Shown here piece by piece: positions 56,408 to 64,000 of a stretch of 64,000 nt of DNA. Both the position numbers and the translations under genes were made by a program. The first letter of the stretch is position 1. Each line of letters opens with the position of its first letter. The notes under the pieces were generated by a model that was not told the origin of the DNA, made no database searches, and worked only from the letters and a program-made list of their open reading frames with translations. The DNA is from Synechococcales cyanobacterium VAR_4_metabat_354 (GTDB lineage Bacteria; Cyanobacteriota; Cyanobacteriia; Cyanobacteriales; Chamaesiphonaceae): the NCBI GenBank assembly GCA_031414775.1, contig JANOQI010000024.1, positions 1 through 64,000 of the forward strand, read 5' to 3'.

Positions 56408-58921
56408 ATGCAAACGAACGACAAAACTCTGCGGGTCGAGGATGATAGAACCGGCTCTGAGAGTGCGACCCTCAAACAGGCTTTTCTCGACAACATGTAC
56501 TATGTGTTGGGAAAGCCTGCTGCTTTGGCGACACTCAACGATTGTTACGTGGCATTGGCTTATACGGTTCGCGATCGGATGCTGCAACGCCTCAATAGCA
56601 CCTCTGTCAAATATACCGAAGAGCAGAGTCGGACAGTTTGCTATCTTTCTGCGGAATTTTTATTGGGTCCCCACTTGGGCAATAACCTGATCAACTTGGG
56701 TCTTTTTCAGCCAGTTCAAGAGGTGATGAAAGAACTAGGACTAGATTTAAATACACTGCTCGAACAAGAAGAAGAACCGGGACTGGGGAATGGTGGCTTG
56801 GGTCGTTTAGCAGCTTGCTATTTGGATTCTTTAGCCAGCTTGGAAATTCCGGCTCTGGGATATGGTATTCGCTATGAGTTTGGTATTTTCGATCAGGACA
56901 TTAAAGACGGTTGGCAAGTTGAACTTACCGATAAATGGCTGCGCTTCGGTAACCCGTGGGAACTGCTCCGCCCGGAATGGACAGTAGCTGTGCCTTTTGG
57001 TGGCAGAACTGAAACCTATGTAGATATCCAGGGAAACACTCGGACAAAATTGCTACCCAATTTAGTAGTCAAAGGGGTGCCCTATGACACCCCTATTTTG
57101 GGCTATCAAGTCAACACGGCTAACACTTTGCGGTTATGGAAAGCCGAAGCCCCCGAATCCTTCGATTTCCAGGCTTTTAACATGGGTGACTACTATGGCT
57201 CGGTCAACGCCAAAGTAGTATCCGAAAATATCACCAAAGTGCTCTACCCCAATGATGACTGGGAAAAAGGCAAAGAGCTGCGGCTGCAACAACAATTCTT
57301 TTTCGTCTCCTGTTCTTTGCAAGATATGTTGCGGATCATGGATCGGCAGGGGATTCCGATCGAACGCTTCCATGAAAAGTTTGCTGTGCAGCTCAACGAC
57401 ACGCACCCGGCGATCTCGGTAGCCGAGTTAATGCGGCTGTTGATAGACCAACGGGGCTTAGGGTGGGATCTAGCCTGGGAAATTACTCAAAAGACTTTGG
57501 GTTACACCAACCACACTTTGATGCCGGAAGCTTTAGAACGCTGGTCTACTGAATTGTTTGGTCGTTTGCTACCCCGTCATTTAGAAATTATCTATGAGAT
57601 CAACCACCACTTTTTAGAGCAAGTACGCTTGAAGTTCCCGGATGATGCCGAGCTGCTCCAACGGCTGTCTTTGATTGATGACGCTGGTAGCAATCGCACG
57701 GTGCGCATGGCGAACTTAGCTTGTGTGGGCAGTCATGCCATCAATGGGGTGGCCGCCCTCCACAGTGAATTGCTGAAACAAACGGTTCTCAAAGACTTTT
57801 ATGCTTTTTCACCAGAGAAGTTTAGTAATAAGACTAACGGCGTTACACCCCGACGTTTTATGGTGCTCAGTAATCCGCAGTTGGCCGATCTGATTACGCG
57901 CAGTATTGGCTCTAGCTGGATCACTCATTTAGATGAATTGCAAAAGTTGGCACCCTTTGCAGAAGACGCTGGTTTTCGGCAGGAGTGGCGCTTGATTAAG
58001 CAATCAATGAAAATCGAGTTAGGGGGATATGTCCAGGCTGAATATGGGATCGAACTCAACCCCAATTCAATCTTCGATATCCTGGCAAAACGCATCCACG
58101 AGTACAAGCGCCAGCATTTGAAGGTGCTGCACATCATCACTCTCTATAACCGGCTAAAAGCCAATCCTGACATGGATATGGTACCCCGTACTTTTATGTT
58201 TGGTGGCAAAGCGGCTCCTGGTTATCGGATGGCTAAATTAATCATCAAGCTGGTGAATGCCGTCGCGGATGTGGTTAATAATGACCCGGATGTGCGCGAC
58301 AGGTTAAAAGTGGTCTTTCTCAAAAACTACAACGTCAAATTTGCCCAACATGTCTATCCGGCCGCCGACCTCTCGGAGCAGATTTCTACTGCTGGTCTAG
58401 AAGCATCCGGTACTGGCAATATGAAATTTGCCATGAATGGCGCGCTCACTGTTGGTACTTTAGATGGTGCTAACGTCGAAATCCGCGAAGAAGTCGGCGC
58501 TGAAAACTTCTTTTTGTTTGGTTTGACCACACCCCAAGTTAAAGACCTCAAAGCCCAAGGCTATCAGCCCCGCGCCTATTACCAGCGCAATACTGAACTG
58601 AAGTTGGCGATCGACACGTTATCCAACAGCACCTTTGCCGCCAACGAACCCCAATTATTTCAACCGATCGTCGATAACTTACTTAACCACGATCCTTATA
58701 TGTTGCTGGCCGATTACCAGTCTTATATTGATTGTCAGGATGCGGTGAGTGATGCCTATCGCGATCAAGATCATTGGGTGAAAATGTCGATTCTGAACAC
58801 TGCTCGTATGGGTAAATTCTCTAGCGATCGATCAATTAGAGAATATTGCCAAGATATTTGGCAAGTCTCACCAGTCCCGATCGATCTCACCCAGTCGGAG
58901 TGGAAAGCACCTCAAGCCTAA
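56408..58921 (+). CDS. glgP: Glycogen/alpha-glucan phosphorylase
   Basis: GLGNGGLGRLAAC, QLNDTHP, KRIHEYKRQ, EASGTGNMKF (PLP Lys), FSSDRSI. Confidence 0.98.
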   Translation: MQTNDKTLRVEDDRTGSESATLKQAFLDNMYYVLGKPAALATLNDCYVALAYTVRDRMLQRLNSTSVKYTEEQSRTVCYLSAEFLLGPHLGNNLINLGLFQPVQEVMKELGLDLNTLLEQEEEPGLGNGGLGRLAACYLDSLASLEIPALGYGIRYEFGIFDQDIKDGWQVELTDKWLRFGNPWELLRPEWTVAVPFGGRTETYVDIQGNTRTKLLPNLVVKGVPYDTPILGYQVNTANTLRLWKAEAPESFDFQAFNMGDYYGSVNAKVVSENITKVLYPNDDWEKGKELRLQQQFFFVSCSLQDMLRIMDRQGIPIERFHEKFAVQLNDTHPAISVAELMRLLIDQRGLGWDLAWEITQKTLGYTNHTLMPEALERWSTELFGRLLPRHLEIIYEINHHFLEQVRLKFPDDAELLQRLSLIDDAGSNRTVRMANLACVGSHAINGVAALHSELLKQTVLKDFYAFSPEKFSNKTNGVTPRRFMVLSNPQLADLITRSIGSSWITHLDELQKLAPFAEDAGFRQEWRLIKQSMKIELGGYVQAEYGIELNPNSIFDILAKRIHEYKRQHLKVLHIITLYNRLKANPDMDMVPRTFMFGGKAAPGYRMAKLIIKLVNAVADVVNNDPDVRDRLKVVFLKNYNVKFAQHVYPAADLSEQISTAGLEASGTGNMKFAMNGALTVGTLDGANVEIREEVGAENFFLFGLTTPQVKDLKAQGYQPRAYYQRNTELKLAIDTLSNSTFAANEPQLFQPIVDNLLNHDPYMLLADYQSYIDCQDAVSDAYRDQDHWVKMSILNTARMGKFSSDRSIREYCQDIWQVSPVPIDLTQSEWKAPQA

Positions 58922-58930
58922 AAAAATAGA

Positions 58931-59257
58931 CTAGAGGTTTAAATAAATCAGCAGTTCATTAATGTCCGGGATGTCGCCGACCAACTTCCGGACAGGATCG
59001 GGCTGCACTTTTACTAAAGTAGGCGTTGCAAATATCTTATCTTGCTCTAGCAGCTCCGGATACTTGTGAATATCAATAATTCGCAGTTCGTGGCGGTTCG
59101 GTAAATGTTCGGCACAAACCTTTTTCACTTGGTAGATAGCCCGACTAGAGGTCGGGTTCCCTAAGGCTACGTACAAACGCAGGATATACTTTTCGGCTGA
59201 GGTCTCCAGCAAAAAAGTATCATCGTAATATTCAGTTTTGATGTTGGATTCATGCAT
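58931..59257 (-). CDS. KaiB-like protein (orphan)
   Basis: YILRLYVA...SSRAI...C...ELRIIDI...P...IFATPTLVK..P.PVRKLVGD. Confidence 0.88.
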   Translation of the reverse strand: MHESNIKTEYYDDTFLLETSAEKYILRLYVALGNPTSSRAIYQVKKVCAEHLPNRHELRIIDIHKYPELLEQDKIFATPTLVKVQPDPVRKLVGDIPDINELLIYLNL

Positions 59258-59405
59258 GTGCTCCGATGTCCGTTGGCGCGGTGCGGACTTAAGGATAGTC
59301 GTATTGTACGTTCATTGACTACCGAAACACTACTTAACTTGCTTAAAATCTTAAATTTTTTAGTGCAAACAGTAGAAAAGTCCCGATGAGGGTCTTTTTT
59401 ACCGT

Positions 59406-60596
59406 TTAATTTTGGTTGCGTAGTTTAGTAGACATTTCTAAAATCGTTGACCAGCGCATTTGCAGCTTTTTCTCAGTGAGTTTTAGCCGCTTCATGATTT
59501 CTAAGTCAGCTACTTTTGATTGCTTTAGCTCTAAAATGAGCTGCTGCTCTGGGTTTAAATTACTCAACAATTCATCCCATTGGACAGTGGTGAGTCCCAG
59601 TTTCTGCTCCACTTCTGCTCCTAGCCATTGTAAGACTAGTTCCCAATTAGCAACGCGGGCAAACTTTTCTACATGATATTTAAATCGCTGTTGGAGATAG
59701 TCCCGTTGTCGAGTGTCAATGTTCAAGACTGCTTCAATTTCTGGGGCGGAGAGGTCTTCGAGCTTGAGGAGTAAATAATCCACACATTGCTCTTGTCCCT
59801 GAAGGTAATCGATCAATTGATGAATCACCCGATCGCGCAATACCTGATCGTTCGGATCATCATTATCTGAAACCATTTTGGAGCGGAGCTGTTGGATCAA
59901 ACGACTATTCCCACCTTCGCCATCATCTTCTTTAGCTGTGTCAAATGCTTTTTCAATGTCTACTGTCGTATCGGCGGGCTGACGCTTACTAAAAGTTTGG
60001 GCGCGCAAAATAATTAATTGCTGGCTTTTCCCATAGTGCAACTGAATGCGCCGCTTGCCATAACACTCCGTAAACACCATGTATTCTGCCAATTGCAACA
60101 TACTGCGCGGTGTATAGTCAGCTGGTAGTTCATTCTCCCGGCGAAAAGCTTTCAGAGCTTCGGCATAAAAATCTTGTAAAAAGTCTTCAATGAGGGAATG
60201 TCGTCCCTGAAAACCGAGCTGAGAATGGGGCAAAGAAATATAACGGTAAACGATCGCGCTTAGATGACTGTGCAGTTCGATCCGACCTTGGCGGGAGCCT
60301 AAGTGGTAGTAATACAAACATTTGGATAGGCGGTGACGAGCCAGACCCAGCAGCCAAGAATCACTGACCCCCGAAGATTGAATGCGATCGCTTTTATGAC
60401 AAATTCTTTCGACTTCGTTAGCAATGCGATTGGCGATTGCGGTGATCTGACTAGGACTGCTCTTAGTCTGCTCCGTAATGATTTGATGCAAAGCGACCCG
60501 CAGCGTCTGATCCTCGGAAATCACAATGGTATTGACAGAATATTTTTTAGCTTTGTTACTAACACTAACTGGCAAATCTTCTAATTGAACTGTCAC
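59406..60596 (-). CDS. HetZ-related protein
   Basis: YYHLGSRQGRIELHSHLSAIVYRY, LIEDFLQDFY, LAEYMVF, QLIILRAQ, RQRDYLQQRFKY. GTG start. Confidence 0.8.
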   Translation of the reverse strand: MTVQLEDLPVSVSNKAKKYSVNTIVISEDQTLRVALHQIITEQTKSSPSQITAIANRIANEVERICHKSDRIQSSGVSDSWLLGLARHRLSKCLYYYHLGSRQGRIELHSHLSAIVYRYISLPHSQLGFQGRHSLIEDFLQDFYAEALKAFRRENELPADYTPRSMLQLAEYMVFTECYGKRRIQLHYGKSQQLIILRAQTFSKRQPADTTVDIEKAFDTAKEDDGEGGNSRLIQQLRSKMVSDNDDPNDQVLRDRVIHQLIDYLQGQEQCVDYLLLKLEDLSAPEIEAVLNIDTRQRDYLQQRFKYHVEKFARVANWELVLQWLGAEVEQKLGLTTVQWDELLSNLNPEQQLILELKQSKVADLEIMKRLKLTEKKLQMRWSTILEMSTKLRNQN

Positions 60597-60895
60597 ATTG
60601 CACCTGCATATCTCTGATAAATTGTTGATGAGCAGAGATAGTCTTCCCTGTCCACTAAATTTACCCAGGTGTATGAAAGGGACTAGCTAAAATGTGTCAG
60701 TATTGAATCAGGTCCAAGATCACAGCCATTTATTTAAAGATTACATACATTTTGCTGAAAACCACAACGCTGACAGAGTAAGGCTTTTAAGCATGAGGAT
60801 TCAACTACAAGTGCTATTGAAATTTAGTGAAGAACAATAGACAGTTTCACAACTGGCACAATCTCTCCATAATATTAGTTGACAAATAGCTTGAT

Positions 60896-61543
60896 TTAGG
60901 AGATCCAATCATCAACTTCTGTCCAACCCATGCCCTGCCTAACGACAGTTGGTGGATCACTGGTCATATCCACTACGGTGGAAATTTGATTGGTAGCGAT
61001 GGAACCATCATCGATCGATATGTCTACCAGTTTGTCAAAATAGTCGAACAGCTTGGCTTTATCTAGATCTACGTAGGTATCATCATCACCGTCTTCATCG
61101 TGAATATGCGCCGAGGTAGAAATGAGTGGATTGCCCAAAATAGCTAATAAGTCTTGGCAAAAGCGGTGATTGGGCACCCGCAGGCCAGTCGTTTTTCGTT
61201 TGGGATCTTGGACAATTTTGGGAACCAGCTTAGTGGCTGGCAAAATAAAGGTGTAGGGGCCTGGGATAAAATGCTTGAGCAAACGATAGGCACCATCGTC
61301 TACTAATGCATAAGCAGAAATGTTCGATAAGGAAGGACACAAAAAAGTTAAAGGTTTATCGTTAGCCAGGTTTTTGATTTTGCGGACTTGATCGATCGCG
61401 CTTTTCGATTGCAAATCACAGCCAATAGCATAGGAAGTATCGGTAGGATAGAGCATCACCGCGCCCCCGCGCAGCTGGGCGGCGATTTCTTCCAGGCTGC
61501 GCGCTTGGGGGTTTTGGGGATGAATTTCGTAATGCTTAGCCAT
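60896..61543 (-). CDS. yciO: Sua5/YciO/YrdC family protein (YciO-like)
   Basis: [49 protein letters not shown]. Confidence 0.9.
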   Translation of the reverse strand: MAKHYEIHPQNPQARSLEEIAAQLRGGAVMLYPTDTSYAIGCDLQSKSAIDQVRKIKNLANDKPLTFLCPSLSNISAYALVDDGAYRLLKHFIPGPYTFILPATKLVPKIVQDPKRKTTGLRVPNHRFCQDLLAILGNPLISTSAHIHDEDGDDDTYVDLDKAKLFDYFDKLVDISIDDGSIATNQISTVVDMTSDPPTVVRQGMGWTEVDDWIS

Positions 61544-61637
61544 CGCCCAGATTTCACCAGTTACAATTATAAGTCCTTTATTATCGCTGGCTTATTCCTA
61601 TTTCGACCTCATTCTTTATCAAAATCTACATCTACCA

Positions 61638-62990
61638 ATGACCAAAATTGCTTATTTAGAATGTCCTACCGGGATTGCTGGCGATATGTGCCTAGCTGCT
61701 TTAATTGATGCTGGGGTGCCAGTGGCCTATCTGCTCGATCGACTAAATCTATTAGGGATTGCCACCGAATATGAGCTGCACCGCACCACGGTGAAACATC
61801 ATGGTCAAGCTGCTACTCATATAGATGTAAAACTTTTGGCCGCTCCTGATCATAGCCATGAGCACAGCCATCAAGAGCATGGTCATGAATCAGCTGAGCA
61901 CCACCACGGCCATCACCATTCGATAGTGGATAAAGAACAGCATTATCACAGCCCCCAACGCAACTTGCCCCAGATCACAGCGTTAATTGAGCAGGCTAAT
62001 TTGCCAGAACGTGCTGCGGCTTGGAGCTTGGCCGTATTTCGGCAGCTGGCGATCGCCGAAGGCATTGTGCATGGGATTGATCCGAATCTGGTGCATTTTC
62101 ATGAAGTGGGAGCCGTCGATGCCATTGTCGATATTGTCGGTACCTGTTTGGGTTTAGACTACTTGGAAATTGAGCAGGTCTATTGTTCGGCTCTGCCCAC
62201 GGGCGGCGGCACCGTGAAAGCTGCCCACGGGATGATGCCCGTCCCGGTACCAGCGGTGCTCCAGCTCTGGCAGTCCCGGCAGGTGCCAGTCTATAGCAAT
62301 GGAATCGATCGAGAGCTAGTGACTCCCACTGGTGCGGCTTTAGCCGTGACCCTAGCGGAGAGCTTTGGGGCAGCTCCGGCCATGACAATTAGCAAAATTG
62401 GTTTGGGGGCAGGTACTCTTCAGCTACCGCTCCCTAATATTCTGCGGTTGTGGATTGGGGAAAGCCAAAGTACTGAGACTGAGACCAACACTGGATCAGC
62501 CACAAGGTTAGAGACAATTAGTGTCCTTGAAACTCAGATTGATGATATGAATCCCCAAGTGGTGGGCTATTTGTTCGATCGGCTGTTAGCGGCGGGAGCT
62601 TTGGATGTGTTCACCCAGCCGGTAGGCATGAAAAAATCCCGCCCCGGCATTTTGATTACAGTTATTTGTCAGCCCAGCCAAGTAGCCAACTGTGAAAAAA
62701 TTATTTTTCAGGAAACCACGACCATCGGTATTCGCCGTTCCACTCAGCAGCGATCAATCCTACCTCGACAGATACACAGGGTGGTGACTCCTTATGGACA
62801 AGTCCGAGTTAAGGTGGCTACCAGCAATTTACCGGATGTCCCAGACATTTGGAATATTCAACCAGAGTTCGCCGATTGCGCGGCGATCGCCGCGCAAACT
62901 CAATTACCTTGGCAGACCATTTACGATCTTGCTCGGCAAACAGCTTGGTCTGAAATGGGTATTCCTATCAGTAACAAATTCAAACAGTGA
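61638..62990 (+). CDS. larC: Nickel pincer cofactor biosynthesis protein LarC
   Basis: [13 protein letters not shown], His-rich tract, [46 protein letters not shown]. Confidence 0.93.
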   Translation: MTKIAYLECPTGIAGDMCLAALIDAGVPVAYLLDRLNLLGIATEYELHRTTVKHHGQAATHIDVKLLAAPDHSHEHSHQEHGHESAEHHHGHHHSIVDKEQHYHSPQRNLPQITALIEQANLPERAAAWSLAVFRQLAIAEGIVHGIDPNLVHFHEVGAVDAIVDIVGTCLGLDYLEIEQVYCSALPTGGGTVKAAHGMMPVPVPAVLQLWQSRQVPVYSNGIDRELVTPTGAALAVTLAESFGAAPAMTISKIGLGAGTLQLPLPNILRLWIGESQSTETETNTGSATRLETISVLETQIDDMNPQVVGYLFDRLLAAGALDVFTQPVGMKKSRPGILITVICQPSQVANCEKIIFQETTTIGIRRSTQQRSILPRQIHRVVTPYGQVRVKVATSNLPDVPDIWNIQPEFADCAAIAAQTQLPWQTIYDLARQTAWSEMGIPISNKFKQ

Positions 62991-63443
62991 AAAATTATCA
63001 GCATAAAGAGCGCAAATTACTGGGCAAACCAAAACTTAACGGCTACACTATATTGGTTGGAAGCAATCGTCGGCTTGACCTGGTCTTCTATCTAGTTTAT
63101 TTAGATAGTATTTAGACCTATGTTCTGTACTGATTTTATATTCAGTAACTAACTAATAGTTAGCGATCTTCTGTGCCGAAAATTTACTCAATCCACTGAC
63201 TCCGTTCGACCTTAAATCCCAACCCTATCAGTAATAGCCAACCTTCCAGCAGTCCGAGCTATGAGCGGACAACTTAGTGGCTTACTTCGGTTGTAGAATT
63301 CAGCAGAACGCTCAAATATTTACTGTCAAATATTTTTTTGACGAGTTTTTCTGTCCTATGAGAAATGGTTGACTGAATCTTCGGCAAAAGCGACCCAATG
63401 TTTTAATTTATTATTGATTTGTAAGGAGCAAGAGGAATACGGC

Positions 63444-64000
63444 ATGACCCAAGCTAAAGACGTATTCGCAACCCTGATTCAACCAGATAGCGAAGTAGAA
63501 TTGCTTACCGATGACGATCAAAATCCAGATGAGGCCGAACCCAGCGCCGAGGCTGAGGAGGAAGAGGAAAAACCTGGTAAAGGTAAAGCCGCTGCTCGCC
63601 GCCGGGTCACTACCAAGAAAAAGCAGTATACCGAGGATTCGATTCGGCTATACCTCCAAGAAATCGGTCGTATCCGGCTGTTAAGAGCCGATGAAGAAAT
63701 TGAACTAGCTAGAAAGATTGCTGACCTGCTAGAGCTAGAGCGCGTCCGCGAAGCGCTGGCCACTGAAATAGAACGGGAACCGCAAGATAACGAATGGGCA
63801 AAAGCAGTGGATATGAGTCCACAGCAGTTTCGACACCGACTATATTTGGGTCGCCGAGCCAAGGACAAGATGGTGCAGTCCAACTTACGACTGGTGGTGT
63901 CGATCGCTAAAAAATACATGAACCGGGGCTTGTCTTTTCAGGATCTGATCCAAGAAGGCAGTTTGGGGCTAATTCGTGCCGCCGAAAAGTTCGATCACGA
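63444..64000 (+). CDS. sigA: Principal RNA polymerase sigma factor SigA (5' part, truncated by the window edge)
   Basis: Manual translation MTQAKDVF...[22 protein letters not shown]...[51 protein letters not shown] upstream. Confidence 0.97.
   Translation, partial: MTQAKDVFATLIQPDSEVELLTDDDQNPDEAEPSAEAEEEEEKPGKGKAAARRRVTTKKKQYTEDSIRLYLQEIGRIRLLRADEEIELARKIADLLELERVREALATEIEREPQDNEWAKAVDMSPQQFRHRLYLGRRAKDKMVQSNLRLVVSIAKKYMNRGLSFQDLIQEGSLGLIRAAEKFDH

Noticed and set aside
63518..63919. 133-aa minus-strand ORF
   Set aside because: Antisense shadow of sigA, which the ORF track missed because it runs off the window.
1..64000. CRISPR array or rRNA genes
   Set aside because: No regularly spaced direct repeats, cas genes or rRNA-like sequence were seen.

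Overview
This is a 64-kb cyanobacterial chromosome segment, identified by psbQ, ycf54, ycf46, gap2, cruA, crtD, a hetZ-like gene and very frequent CGATCG/HIP1 sites. Most of it is housekeeping: pdxJ, moeB, furA, comEC, comM, sbtA/B-like, rplS, tRNA-Trp, tRNA-Lys, wza-like, cysK, recA, lnt, hslO, fbaA, ppsA, glgP, larC and the 5' part of sigA. Nested IS630 remnants sit at the left edge. Two candidate undescribed systems stand out. (1) A 796-aa protein (20383-22773) that I could not assign by overall similarity carries, in the correct order, the LodA/GoxA cysteine-tryptophylquinone (CTQ) oxidase motifs (GVARVGN, DDTCDG, FAPGWD, D-x3-C, FWPxxxPD) and is followed by a LodB/GoxB-like flavoprotein, suggesting a highly divergent CTQ oxidase operon. 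(2) Two tandem membrane proteins (649-3399) combine a zinc ribbon, a Spo11/TopoVI-A-like 'TxRQLYY' motif, about 4 TM helices and a degenerate Spo11/TopoVI-A-like TOPRIM domain. Smaller observations: an SLH/beta-barrel gene paired with a secreted protein, a 33-aa insertion in MoeB, two small ORFs missing from the ORF track, a LexA box plus a long palindrome at recA, and no secE-nusG after rplS-trnW. All family assignments come from motif recognition by eye; no database searches were run.
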